Below are positions 9,160 through 19,098 of a DNA stretch of 64,000 nt, one piece after another. The notes under the pieces are model-generated. The model had not been told where the DNA came from, did not search any database, and was given only the letters and a program-made list of their open reading frames with translations. Position 1 is the stretch's first letter. Each line of letters starts with the position of its first letter. The translations under genes were made by a program, and so were the position numbers. This stretch comes from Escherichia coli (lineage in GTDB: Bacteria > Pseudomonadota > Gammaproteobacteria > Enterobacterales > Enterobacteriaceae). The stretch lies in NCBI GenBank assembly GCA_025336685.1, contig GCA_025336685.1_4717.1; one strand, written 5' to 3'.

Positions 9160-11754
9160 TTATAACGTGACTGTACCTAATTTGGTTGTCTTATTGAGAT
9201 TGATGACAGAGATCTGGGTATCGCTGGTCGTAATCGTTCCGATGTTAACGCGCTGCCCTTTATCATCTTCTTGCTTGTGGATGGTTAACTCCAATTCTAA
9301 CTGGTTACCGTTAGGAACAACGGAAACGTACCACGTTTTATTACCTGGCGAACTATTATAGTCTTTTAGGTTATAATGGCCTTTAGGTAAAGTCATGGCC
9401 TTACCAGCAAACAAGCAAGCGATGTCTTCGTTGATGTAGATATCGTAACCGGAAGCAGCAACGACCGTAGAAACCATGTAGACATGTTTGACGGTACCTG
9501 CGAGGTATTCGGCTACGCTTGGCCCATATGCTCTGAATACCTGTCCGCCATTGGATAAACGGTACGCTTCCCCAAGGTCGACGTACCCCAGACCCCATAC
9601 CGGATGGACGTTGTAACGACGTCCGCTGCTGGCCAAATACTCATAAAGGTCATCTACCGATAACCCAACCCACGCACCACTGGCGTTCTTAGCACCACGG
9701 AATTGAAAATCGTTTGCGTTTCCTGGAGTAGCAACGCGCACGGACATCGCCCCGGCGATTAACCAACCATCAGCGCATTTACGATACCCTAATGGTCCCC
9801 ACGCCCCCAGAGTGTTGTCAATGTTATTGATTTGGTCCCGAAGCGTGTAAGTTACCGTTGTGATGACCCCCGTTACGGTAATGTTCCCTTCCCGAGCGCT
9901 GGTCGTCACTTCAGACGTCATGATAGCCGCCTTCCTGGAGACAGGATCGTACACCGATATGAACATCAAGCAGGGGGCCCCTGTGGACGCTGGAGGAACC
10001 ACGATAGAGCCGCGTATAACGGAGTATCTCTCAAGCTTCGGCGACGTGTAGGTATCCCAACAAAGTTTGGCCGCTCTGTCGAGTTCTGCCTGCGTGATGC
10101 TTATCGATGCCCCCTTTAAGGCTAACGTATCAGGGTCGACCTCAACCCTGCTGCTTAATCTCCCTTCCTGTAGCCAGCTGCCAGTCACTATCGTCTGGTC
10201 GTCGCTCATGTGAATTGTCGCGAAACGTTCGCTCACTGAACCGCCTACGTGGACGCGACTGGTTGGCGGGAATCCCATCACATCGACCACGCTGTTCTTA
10301 TAGCGATAACTCAAATCCCAATCAGCGGTTATTAACCGCTTTTCGAAATTGCTCTGACCCCCTGGGATGCGGGATAAGACATAGACCTTGTTCTTCGCCG
10401 TGAAGCCAACGAAGCCGTGTGGACCACAGGACCCAACAACGCGGTCCTTGATGTTAATCCAGTTCCCCGCCTCGTACGCGGATATTGGGGTGAGTTTTGC
10501 AAGTTCGTCGAAGACATTACCAGCGTAGTCACCAATGCGATACGATCGAACCATCGGCGAGGCCAGGTTATCATTCACACAGCTGGTAACCAGACCGTCC
10601 TCGCGAATGACCATGTTCCCGGTAAGGTTGGCCCCACCCCATACCCAGAATCCGTCTTTATAATCACGGTCACGAGTTGACATCGTACAAGGGCCACGAA
10701 AGGACACCGAACCATCGGAGTTCACTTGTAATGACGGTGTTCCAGCATTGGGACTTAATGTCCATTGCTTCGTATCCAGGTTCAAATCGACGTACCAGAT
10801 CGTTGTCCCCTGATCGGCGATATTCACGGTACTGTTAGTGTACCATGCCGTCGTGCAGTAGATTCGCGCAATGTTACCTTTTACAACAGCGTAATTTCTA
10901 ACACCCGCACGAATAGGGACAAGCGTCGTTAATTGACTAGGGTACGCTGTATGGTTTAACACTTCCCAGAAAAGAATATGGTCGAGGTTGGTTTTCGTCG
11001 TTCCCTCAAAAATCTTTCCACTAAACCCGGTTTCTTTGGTGAACTGTACGGCCGCACCATTTTTAATGTCCGATAACATACAGGTATGTACATCGAGCCC
11101 GTTTTTCCCTTCATACGCCCACCAGACTAACAGGTACACTTTGTTTTTGTAGACGAACGTACTACAGCGCGCCATGCTGTCGGTAATACCCTCTACCGAC
11201 CCGGTACACATGGCGGCGACATGCTTCTCTACGTTGAATGTGCCGTTAGTCAGAACGATGTAGGGCTGTGTGTTCTCGTCGTTTGCGTCCATCGCGACAC
11301 CCATCATCACGCCGTGGTTATGACACCAGACTGATTGTGGGATTTTAGGTAGTGCTGTAGGGTTGTACTGGCGACTGGTACCTATGGCGGTATCGAGCAG
11401 CCCTTCACCATTGTTTTTACAGATAGCGTAATACACCCCGTTTTTCATGCTGTTGGATGCAGAGCGAAGGATGGAAACACTCCCGTCTGCTTCCTGACAG
11501 ATTCCGTAGGTACGACGTTCGGTCATGGCTATCGCGCCATCAGCTGACCCTTCGATGGCGAGAGGGAAGTAACTTTGATCGCCAATTTGTTCGATATCGG
11601 TTACGTCAATATCAATGTACTTTTCCATCTCGGTGTTGAACTCTGCGGTGCTGTACGCGCCGAGATCGCCAGCCTTTAACCCTGTTGGATTGCTTCGACT
11701 AGCGATACGTTCGGTAACGCTGGTCACCAGTTCGCTAAATTTTTTCATTGCCAT
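9160..11754 (-). CDS. large tail-associated structural protein (possible tailspike or receptor-binding protein)
   Basis: 864-aa ORF, ATG with GAGGTG RBS, placed between two tail-fibre genes; no catalytic motif recognised. Confidence 0.65.
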   Translation of the reverse strand: MAMKKFSELVTSVTERIASRSNPTGLKAGDLGAYSTAEFNTEMEKYIDIDVTDIEQIGDQSYFPLAIEGSADGAIAMTERRTYGICQEADGSVSILRSASNSMKNGVYYAICKNNGEGLLDTAIGTSRQYNPTALPKIPQSVWCHNHGVMMGVAMDANDENTQPYIVLTNGTFNVEKHVAAMCTGSVEGITDSMARCSTFVYKNKVYLLVWWAYEGKNGLDVHTCMLSDIKNGAAVQFTKETGFSGKIFEGTTKTNLDHILFWEVLNHTAYPSQLTTLVPIRAGVRNYAVVKGNIARIYCTTAWYTNSTVNIADQGTTIWYVDLNLDTKQWTLSPNAGTPSLQVNSDGSVSFRGPCTMSTRDRDYKDGFWVWGGANLTGNMVIREDGLVTSCVNDNLASPMVRSYRIGDYAGNVFDELAKLTPISAYEAGNWINIKDRVVGSCGPHGFVGFTAKNKVYVLSRIPGGQSNFEKRLITADWDLSYRYKNSVVDVMGFPPTSRVHVGGSVSERFATIHMSDDQTIVTGSWLQEGRLSSRVEVDPDTLALKGASISITQAELDRAAKLCWDTYTSPKLERYSVIRGSIVVPPASTGAPCLMFISVYDPVSRKAAIMTSEVTTSAREGNITVTGVITTVTYTLRDQINNIDNTLGAWGPLGYRKCADGWLIAGAMSVRVATPGNANDFQFRGAKNASGAWVGLSVDDLYEYLASSGRRYNVHPVWGLGYVDLGEAYRLSNGGQVFRAYGPSVAEYLAGTVKHVYMVSTVVAASGYDIYINEDIACLFAGKAMTLPKGHYNLKDYNSSPGNKTWYVSVVPNGNQLELELTIHKQEDDKGQRVNIGTITTSDTQISVINLNKTTKLGTVTL

Positions 11755-11766
11755 TATTCACCTCAG

Positions 11767-12252
11767 TTAAATCGGCGAATCAGGTAATTGGCCATCGACA
11801 ATCTCGATAGTGGCCACTTTACATGTCGCAGCGAGATGTGCTGTGCCCTGAACTTTGTTCCAGGTACCGATACGCATCACGTTTTTATAGCTGCTGTTAC
11901 TGTCGCTCAATGTGTAAACAAAACCGTTATCCGTGACAGCAAGATAGATCCAACCGGTTGATGCGCTAACACCAGAAACATCCAACGTGGTCGCGGGAAC
12001 CGTTCCTGTTATCGTGTTGTATTCCGCTTCACCTTGGCCGATGCTGATCCTCCCGTTGTTGTAGCTGGCTGCTGGAATTATTTTATTTCGGCTGAAGAAA
12101 AGGAACGGAAGATAACGTTGTGTAACAAGAGGCGTAAGTTTAGGAGCCACTTCTGTCTTAGCGTACACGTTTGTCTGCGTCGTTGTTACTGAATGAGGAT
12201 TCTTCTTGGCCAGGTAGGCTCCCCATTCAGAAAGCAATGTCGATAACTTCAT
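11767..12252 (-). CDS. hypothetical protein in tail-fibre cluster
   Basis: 161-aa ORF tightly packed between fibre-cluster genes. Confidence 0.6.
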   Translation of the reverse strand: MKLSTLLSEWGAYLAKKNPHSVTTTQTNVYAKTEVAPKLTPLVTQRYLPFLFFSRNKIIPAASYNNGRISIGQGEAEYNTITGTVPATTLDVSGVSASTGWIYLAVTDNGFVYTLSDSNSSYKNVMRIGTWNKVQGTAHLAATCKVATIEIVDGQLPDSPI

Positions 12253-12256
12253 ACGG

Positions 12257-12766
12257 CTACCCCATGTAACGTTTTTGGCCGAGGATAAAGACCTTGTTAA
12301 GGACCACCGAGGTAATGCCTGACGCGTCGCAACTCACCTGCCCAACACGAATCGCTGTTGATGAATCAGCCCCAGCACTACTGTTCCAACTCCACCCGAC
12401 CGACCCACCTTTCTGATGAATAAACAGATAGCCGGTTTTGTTCGCCCAGTCGGAAGTAAGACTTTTGATGTCTAACGTTCCTTTCGCCAGAATATAGTCG
12501 GTACCGGCGATCATGACGGGTATTTCAGGATACGAGATTACCGTACCGCTAGCGGTAACGTTGCTGATGCGATCATTACGGATATCAGTGCAATCACCGA
12601 AATACGCTACGGGGAGTATCCCCTTAGGTAGCTTTTTGTCGATTTTCGTATCGACCGTGCTTTTATCGGGCGCGTCGATTTGCGCTGCAGTGACTTGGTT
12701 AGGGTTATCCTTCCTTGCGTACCATGTCGTCATGCGAGCACCCAATTCACTCATTTTTGTGCCCAT
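12257..12766 (-). CDS. small fibre-related protein
   Basis: ORF track 12257..12772 starts at GTG; ATG two codons in has AGGA RBS; contains NPNQVTAAQI resembling the fibre repeat. Confidence 0.6.
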   Translation of the reverse strand: MGTKMSELGARMTTWYARKDNPNQVTAAQIDAPDKSTVDTKIDKKLPKGILPVAYFGDCTDIRNDRISNVTASGTVISYPEIPVMIAGTDYILAKGTLDIKSLTSDWANKTGYLFIHQKGGSVGWSWNSSAGADSSTAIRVGQVSCDASGITSVVLNKVFILGQKRYMG

Positions 12767-12780
12767 TTTCACGTCCTATC

Positions 12781-12820
12781 GAAAAAATAAAAAGATGGAA
12801 AGGTGGGCAGAACCCACCCA
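12781..12820 (-). terminator. rho-independent-type terminator after tail fibre 12825..14978
   Basis: Minus-strand hairpin GGGTGGG-TTCTG-CCCACC followed by TTTCCATCTTTTTATTTTTT. Confidence 0.5.
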
Positions 12821-12824
12821 TCCG

Positions 12825-14978
12825 TTATAACGTTTCGAAGTCTTTTGCCTTGATGACTGCGTTGAAGTTGGCAAGGAATTCCTTAAGTAATGCTTGGAAA
12901 ACATCGCGGAACGCCGCGTTCGTCTTCAAGCTGGTTAAATAATCGTTCTTAAGGTAATCGCTAAGCTTACCGATCTTCTGCATCGTCACGCCTTCATCGT
13001 TCTCTCCGGGTTCTTGGCTATTGATATTAGCCCACTTGATCCCTTCGAGATCACCATCAGCAAGGAAGTTAGCTGGCGTCTCATCATCGTTCAGGATTTT
13101 GATCGTATCGCTGGATTCAATACCGCCGTAAGCTTCCAGAAGCTGGTTGACGGTCAACTTATTGACGTTGATTGAACCATTAGCACCATCGATACCGAGT
13201 CCGGTACCCGTGATAGACGTTACTGAAAGATCGATTGGTCCGGTTAACTTACCCCCATTGATAGGGAGCGCGCCAACCTGTTCGGCTGTGTGTGTATGAT
13301 CGGCTAACGCGGCGAACGCTGCAATCGACTTGTAAGTCGAGTACGGTGTCATGTACGCTGTCTGGTTAGTCCTGTCGGCAGCTTGCACGTCGGTGGCGAC
13401 AGCAAAGTCCTGTACGTTCCCTAACCCCACTTGTACCTTGGTTACTTCATGCGGGTTACTCTTATCGACAACGTGTGCCGCAAAACCATCACCTGCTAAA
13501 GCGATGATCGCTGCTTTTGTCGCAGCCGGTGTCATATAGCGGTTGGTCGCTACACCGGTTTGTGCTTCCACATCAGAAGCAACAGGGTAGTTCTCAACAC
13601 TCCCCAACCCAACCTGGGTTTTCGTTACCCTGTGTGGGTTCTCGGTATTTGCGATGTGACTACTGAACCCTTGACCAGCCATTTGCTCGATCGCGTAACG
13701 AACAAGTATTGGTGTCATGTACTTGTTGTTAACCTGACCATCGATCGCTTCTTGGGTAGTAGCAACCCCGAAGTTCTGCACGCTTCCCAGCCCAACCTGG
13801 GCTTTGGTAACACCATGTGGGTTATTGGTGTTACCGATATGTTCGGTTACGGTTGGGGTGATTAGCGCTGCGATAGCGGCGGCTGTGGTCGCAGGCGTCA
13901 TGTATTTGTTGTTAGCAACACCCGCACCAGCTTCCCCATTAGACGCTACACCGTAGTTCTGTACGTCCCCCAGCCCTACCTGGGCTTTCGTAACAGCGTG
14001 AGGGTTGTTATTATCCTCGGTATGGGTTGTTAACGTAGCGTTGACATGATCGATGCGTGTACTTAAGCCGTCCGTGATTGCCTTGATTGCTGCTCGTACA
14101 CCCGCTGGAGTCGTGTACAGATTAGTGGCTGTACCGGTAACGGTTGTATTATCATCGGCTACACCATAGTTCTCAACGTCCCCGAGTCCCACCTGGGCTT
14201 TGGTCACCTTGTGTGGGTTGTTGCGGTTACTGATGTGTGCGGCAGCACTATCACCACTAAGGTTAGCGATCATCTTACGTGTCATCGCCAACGTCATGTA
14301 CAGATTTTCACCGACAGTTTCCAGATCGCTCTCGGTCGCTGTTGTGAAGTTCTGTACATTCCCCAACCCAACTTGGGCTTTCGTGACGCCATGGGGATTA
14401 TCACGTCGATTCTCGTGCTGCACTAACGCAGTCATTGCTTTATTGAACCCTTCTTCAAGCGGTCCTTTCAATGACTCGATTGCAGCCACCACATCGTCCC
14501 ACGTCATCGTGTCGGTTTCGACATTATGTTGGTGGTTGATTGGTGGGAATACGGAAGGAACGTCAGCAACCTTTTCCCAGAACGTAACGCGAGGGTCATA
14601 AAGGTTGTTGGCTAAAACGTTAAGAATTTGTTGTTGATCAAGTGTAAACTCACCCCCCAGTGAATAGTAGTTCAGTTGCAACTGTCCACTGAATGCGGTG
14701 TCCAACAGCATGATGGAACCGTATAATTCCAGGCCGGTCAGCGCAGCCATGGCACGGAAGGGGTGAGTGCATAAAAAGTCAACGCCTTCTTCCAGATACG
14801 CGTTTGTTTCAGGGTTGTAGATCTTTAACCCATTACGAAAATAGGGTGCGTATTTAGGAACGAGAAAGTTAAATCCGGTCCCCGTGGAAGGACGGACAGT
14901 GACGAGTTCTTCTGGAACCCATGCGCCATCCAAATTCCCCTGCGGGTTATACGGAAGGCGTTTAATTTCATCTGTCAT
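12825..14978 (-). CDS. tail fibre protein (paralogue of 7098..9146, no chaperone domain)
   Basis: 717 aa; at least 6 tandem NPHxVTKAQVGLG(N/D/S)V(Q/E)N(Y/F) repeats; N-terminal 200 aa alignable with 7098..9146. Confidence 0.8.
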   Translation of the reverse strand: MTDEIKRLPYNPQGNLDGAWVPEELVTVRPSTGTGFNFLVPKYAPYFRNGLKIYNPETNAYLEEGVDFLCTHPFRAMAALTGLELYGSIMLLDTAFSGQLQLNYYSLGGEFTLDQQQILNVLANNLYDPRVTFWEKVADVPSVFPPINHQHNVETDTMTWDDVVAAIESLKGPLEEGFNKAMTALVQHENRRDNPHGVTKAQVGLGNVQNFTTATESDLETVGENLYMTLAMTRKMIANLSGDSAAAHISNRNNPHKVTKAQVGLGDVENYGVADDNTTVTGTATNLYTTPAGVRAAIKAITDGLSTRIDHVNATLTTHTEDNNNPHAVTKAQVGLGDVQNYGVASNGEAGAGVANNKYMTPATTAAAIAALITPTVTEHIGNTNNPHGVTKAQVGLGSVQNFGVATTQEAIDGQVNNKYMTPILVRYAIEQMAGQGFSSHIANTENPHRVTKTQVGLGSVENYPVASDVEAQTGVATNRYMTPAATKAAIIALAGDGFAAHVVDKSNPHEVTKVQVGLGNVQDFAVATDVQAADRTNQTAYMTPYSTYKSIAAFAALADHTHTAEQVGALPINGGKLTGPIDLSVTSITGTGLGIDGANGSINVNKLTVNQLLEAYGGIESSDTIKILNDDETPANFLADGDLEGIKWANINSQEPGENDEGVTMQKIGKLSDYLKNDYLTSLKTNAAFRDVFQALLKEFLANFNAVIKAKDFETL

Positions 14979-15010
14979 GATGCGCCCTTTACAAGTTGTT
15001 AGTAAGTGTG

Positions 15011-15028
15011 GGATACCCTGGGGTATCC
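15011..15028. promoter_or_regulatory. inverted repeat upstream of 15083..16363
   Basis: GGATACC-CTGG-GGTATCC about 55 nt upstream of the start, followed by CTATAAAATAAG (TATAAATA-like). Confidence 0.3.
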
Positions 15029-15082
15029 TGTGTTAACAGCGGTAAAATATTACTGTAACTATAAAATAAGGGGGCCTCTCCC

Positions 15083-16363
15083 ATGTATACATTGGTAAAA
15101 ACTTACGGATTACCCGTAGGTTCTGGCACGGCCTGGACAGCACTTGAGGCGGGTGAAAGTGTCCTGAGTACGTTGTTCTCAGCGTATCAAAAACTCAAGA
15201 TCCAGGTTCATGAAAGCTATGCTGACCAGCAACAAGTTATTGATCTGTACACATTTCAATCCGAGCTTCAAAACAGCAATGACACGCTCAATGCGTGGTT
15301 GAAAGCGAAATCGGATGCACATACCAACCTTCGAGGACAGCCTGGTGAGCTGTCGATTAAAACCCACAAGCTTTATTGCCATGACGTTATTACCGTAGGC
15401 TTTCTCCCTAAAGTCGGTAATAGTGGTTATCATCCGAGCAATGCGATCCCTGAGTCGGAACGTACCGATATCCTGTTGACGAAAGCGAATACGAATTACG
15501 AAAATATCGGCAAACATTGCTTGTTCACCGTAGGCGGTTATATTCATCCTCATGTTTACGGTAAAGACGTTGGCGTCTATATCCAGGGTGGGTTCGAGAC
15601 AGCACAGCGTAGCCAAGAAAACGATATCGGCATGATTGATTTTAGCCGTATCGGGAGTTTGGAAATCCACGCCATCACAGAAGAGATGATTGCTGATTCC
15701 ACGAAGCTCTTGCCGTATAAGGACGAGATGTACTTACGGCTACCACGTAAGGTCGCCGAAGATGAAACCGTTGCGCTGGTGTTCGGGGGATATCTACACC
15801 TTCTTGACGATTGTTACACGATCGTTAGTGACACGACGGCAAAAATAAACTGCAGAAACATGTTTCTGTATGAAAGATACTTCCGCTCCCGCAAATACCT
15901 TGATTTAACGTCTCTTGGTATTCTGTTGAACGAAGAAGACCCGCAGTCCGATATTGTTGCCAATCGTTTACTGTCTGATAAGACTTTAAAAGCATGGGTG
16001 ACGCATCCCTGCAGTTTCTGGGTGTATATCAAAGCAACATCGATTCAGGTTACACAAGAACCTTTACCACGAAGTGGCGTACCAGGACAATATTTCTTAG
16101 GTAAGAAACCGGAAGGACTGATTCGAGCCGATCTCGGTGAGTTACCGGCCTACGTGCAGACCTATGAAAAACCGTTATGGGTACTTCACTCACGCTGGGG
16201 GCTTCGTAAGAACATGTTGTTTGAAAACACATTGTACAAACATACACGCGTTAAGCGGCTTAACGATACGCCTTATCTTCACCAGGTCTGGTTGAAAACG
16301 CATGCGACGTTGCAGACAGTACATAAGCTCGAATTGATCGATTCCAGTCAGAAAAACAAATAA
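15083..16363 (+). CDS. hypothetical protein (426 aa)
   Basis: ORF with ATG and AGGGGG RBS; plus-strand island inside a minus-strand block. Confidence 0.7.
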   Translation: MYTLVKTYGLPVGSGTAWTALEAGESVLSTLFSAYQKLKIQVHESYADQQQVIDLYTFQSELQNSNDTLNAWLKAKSDAHTNLRGQPGELSIKTHKLYCHDVITVGFLPKVGNSGYHPSNAIPESERTDILLTKANTNYENIGKHCLFTVGGYIHPHVYGKDVGVYIQGGFETAQRSQENDIGMIDFSRIGSLEIHAITEEMIADSTKLLPYKDEMYLRLPRKVAEDETVALVFGGYLHLLDDCYTIVSDTTAKINCRNMFLYERYFRSRKYLDLTSLGILLNEEDPQSDIVANRLLSDKTLKAWVTHPCSFWVYIKATSIQVTQEPLPRSGVPGQYFLGKKPEGLIRADLGELPAYVQTYEKPLWVLHSRWGLRKNMLFENTLYKHTRVKRLNDTPYLHQVWLKTHATLQTVHKLELIDSSQKNK

Positions 16364-16373
16364 ACAAACATAA

Positions 16374-16405
16374 CCCTCCTCCTTCCCTTACGGGTTGGAG
16401 GAGGG
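16374..16405. terminator. conserved hairpin element, copy
   Basis: CCCTCCTCC-TT-CCC-TTAC-GGG-TT-GGAGGAGGG between convergent genes 15083..16363 and 16415..17320. Confidence 0.6.
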
Positions 16406-16414
16406 AATATGCTG

Positions 16415-17320
16415 TTATGCCACGTATAACGTTAGATAACCGTCGATGAGCGTATTCATAACACTGAGTTGAAGTACAACAGCTTTACGAGCGTCTGTAC
16501 GTACACCAAATGGTAGTGTTTTGAAATGCTCTGGATCGGCTATTACTCTCGCATTCTGCAAGTTGAGCGGTCCAGGCGTTGCCGACAATACCCAGCGATC
16601 GTTGGCCGTAAGACCATCGATCTCTTCAGAGAGACCCAATTGCAGCATGTTCATTTCTGCAATTAGCGCCTCTGATTGCATATCACCTGAGGTTAACGTA
16701 TACCCATCAGTAAGTGACGCTAGAACATCATCAGACATGAACCAGTTGTACGAAACAATAGCGCCCGGGAGTTTATCACTATCTCGATCGATGAGATAAT
16801 TCAACCCAGCCAACATATTGTTGCGAATGAGGTTGTTGAGGTCGTTATGTCCTGAAGTTAACTCAACAAGTAATTGACCAACCCATACTTGGTTACCAGG
16901 TTTAGGTGTTATCGCAACATGTATCGGTGATTTGGATTTATCCAGATCCGCGTCGACAATCTCGGTTTTATTGAGAAGGATACCGTACGTTGATGCTAAG
17001 ACAGGTAATATCTCAGAGACCTTGGTTAGTGTATCTAAGGTTTCGATCTCGATGGGCCAGCGGTGCTGTCCGCCAGGCCAAATACCCAGTTTACCAAGAT
17101 CGACGCGGTTATAATAGATGTCGACAGAGTTCACCAGCCCTGAACCCGGTTGGGGATGCACGGTTAACTTGCTGTTACGCTTGTACCCTGTGCTTTCAGA
17201 AGCCTCACCGATAACCAGTTTATCCAGCGTTACGCCTCGAGCGTCGAAATCGCTATGCTTTCGAATCAGCCGAAAGAGGATTTCTTTCGATTCTAACCCT
17301 AGGATTTCACTGTACTCCAT
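16415..17320 (-). CDS. hypothetical (probable virion) protein, paralogue family B
   Basis: 301 aa, ATG with AGGGGTG RBS; YYNRVDLGKL block shared with family B. Confidence 0.7.
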   Translation of the reverse strand: MEYSEILGLESKEILFRLIRKHSDFDARGVTLDKLVIGEASESTGYKRNSKLTVHPQPGSGLVNSVDIYYNRVDLGKLGIWPGGQHRWPIEIETLDTLTKVSEILPVLASTYGILLNKTEIVDADLDKSKSPIHVAITPKPGNQVWVGQLLVELTSGHNDLNNLIRNNMLAGLNYLIDRDSDKLPGAIVSYNWFMSDDVLASLTDGYTLTSGDMQSEALIAEMNMLQLGLSEEIDGLTANDRWVLSATPGPLNLQNARVIADPEHFKTLPFGVRTDARKAVVLQLSVMNTLIDGYLTLYVA

Positions 17321-17335
17321 TTAACACCCCTTAGG

Positions 17336-17545
17336 TTACGGTAGGATTTCTGCGCCCGTCGGGCCTGCCTTACGAGCTTCCAACGCACCAAGGTCGTATT
17401 TCAACGTCAGCGTATCGTTGGTGGTAAATAGGTTGTGGTAAGTCGAAATCAGATCGGTAACCTGTGCGCCTACGATCTCGTTCATGTCGAAGGCAGAACC
17501 TTGACCATCATCAGCACGAACGATTTTGTCGCCAGCAGAGACCAT
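17336..17545 (-). CDS. small hypothetical protein
   Basis: 69-aa ORF filling a gap between two genes; weak evidence. Confidence 0.35.
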   Translation of the reverse strand: MVSAGDKIVRADDGQGSAFDMNEIVGAQVTDLISTYHNLFTTNDTLTLKYDLGALEARKAGPTGAEILP

Positions 17546-17614
17546 CCCAATTTCAGAAATAACCGCGCAGTACTCTTCAATTACCCGGAGAGTTTAGCCA
17601 CATTGAGATATTCG

Positions 17615-18220
17615 TTAATATCCTGATGGTGTCCAGACCAAAGAGACTCCAGCTATAATCGTAGTACTTCCGGTCGCTACCAGAATTCCTGTTGTTGGAA
17701 TATCCGGTCGGGGCGGGTTGAGGTTCTTGTCGGTCGGATGCCATTCGATAGTCTGAGCAACACCATCGATGTACTTGGTATATCGCATGGAGCGGACAAC
17801 GTTATCGAAATCGATGCGACGACCGTAATAACAGATGTACTTTTTACCGTTTTCCAGCGTCTCAATACGACGTAACCCAAATCTAGCACGTTCGTCCGTG
17901 GTCAAATCGTTACCAACTTCACGCATCACGAAAGGTTTGATTTTCCATGGTGAAAGATCGCTTGCTTCGTGAGCGATCGGCATCGAGGAAGGGATGCCGT
18001 TAGCGTTGCGGATGAATTCGTGACCTTGGTTGCCGATACAGAAGTAACGTACAGCAGGATTACCCTCGGGGTAAATCTTTGATTGAATCTGAAGCTTTTC
18101 GTTCAAGGTGCTGTGTTCTTCCCACGCATGAGGAAGACCGAGCGTAAGGTTCGTTTGTACTTGACCGCCGATAATCGTACGGACGATACGATCGGTAGCA
18201 CGGATTTGTGTAGAAGCCAT
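17615..18220 (-). CDS. hypothetical protein (201 aa)
   Basis: ORF with ATG and AGGAAAA RBS. Confidence 0.65.
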   Translation of the reverse strand: MASTQIRATDRIVRTIIGGQVQTNLTLGLPHAWEEHSTLNEKLQIQSKIYPEGNPAVRYFCIGNQGHEFIRNANGIPSSMPIAHEASDLSPWKIKPFVMREVGNDLTTDERARFGLRRIETLENGKKYICYYGRRIDFDNVVRSMRYTKYIDGVAQTIEWHPTDKNLNPPRPDIPTTGILVATGSTTIIAGVSLVWTPSGY

Positions 18221-18236
18221 GTCTTTTCCTATTTAA

Positions 18237-19088
18237 TCAGTTATATTGCATCAACAGGATACCGCCGTAGTTCGTGCAGTAATCTTGGCTAAGCGTAACG
18301 ATAACAGCGTTAGCGAACGCAGGGTTAACAGGATAACCCTGTGCGATAAGTTCTGTTGTTTTACCGGTTGCGAGTACGGTAGCCCCGTAAAGGTTGTTTT
18401 CGTCTTCACGACCGTTATAAACCCATGGGGTTGGCGCAACGTTGTTGAATAAGCTAACCATTGCGCTTAGGTTACCACCAACCTTTAACCCGGCAAGATC
18501 GGAACGGATTGCTGTGCAGTCTATAGCGTAACTGTAGACCAACGCTTGGATACGATTTGCGGTGTAGTACGGGAAATTGAGACCGGCCATCACCGTGGTC
18601 TTCATCATCCCCGCAATATCGCGCGCGCTATCGAGGAGGTAGAATGTAACACTTCCCGTCCAAGCCAATCCGGTTGTTTTCAATTCTACGACATGAGGGA
18701 ATGGGTATTCATTCCCTCGAACAATCGGAGAATCGACGCAGCTATCCCGATCGATAACGATTCCGTACGTCGATTGGATCAGAGGGATAAGATCGTGCGT
18801 TGTTTTAACCCCGGCGTCGATAGCAAGCTTCGGTTCCATTCCCAAGAAGAAGTCTTGGATAGGGATACGATCGTACCACACGTAGCTGCTTTCACGGTAT
18901 TGTGCTGGCGTTACTGTTGCCGAAGGCGATACCTTAGCGCGGGTGTTCCGTTTATACGCATGGTTTCCGTTTTCAGCAGCATCCGTGATCTCAAGCGCAT
19001 CGAAGTTAAAGTCGAAGTCAGGATTGGCAGCCTGAATAAGTTCGGCGACCAGTACTTTAGGACTTTTGTTTAACAATTTCTGACTCAT
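18237..19088 (-). CDS. hypothetical (probable virion) protein, paralogue family B
   Basis: 283 aa, ATG with AAGGAA RBS; WYDRIPIQDF block. Confidence 0.7.
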   Translation of the reverse strand: MSQKLLNKSPKVLVAELIQAANPDFDFNFDALEITDAAENGNHAYKRNTRAKVSPSATVTPAQYRESSYVWYDRIPIQDFFLGMEPKLAIDAGVKTTHDLIPLIQSTYGIVIDRDSCVDSPIVRGNEYPFPHVVELKTTGLAWTGSVTFYLLDSARDIAGMMKTTVMAGLNFPYYTANRIQALVYSYAIDCTAIRSDLAGLKVGGNLSAMVSLFNNVAPTPWVYNGREDENNLYGATVLATGKTTELIAQGYPVNPAFANAVIVTLSQDYCTNYGGILLMQYN

Positions 19089-19098
19089 TGTTTATTCC

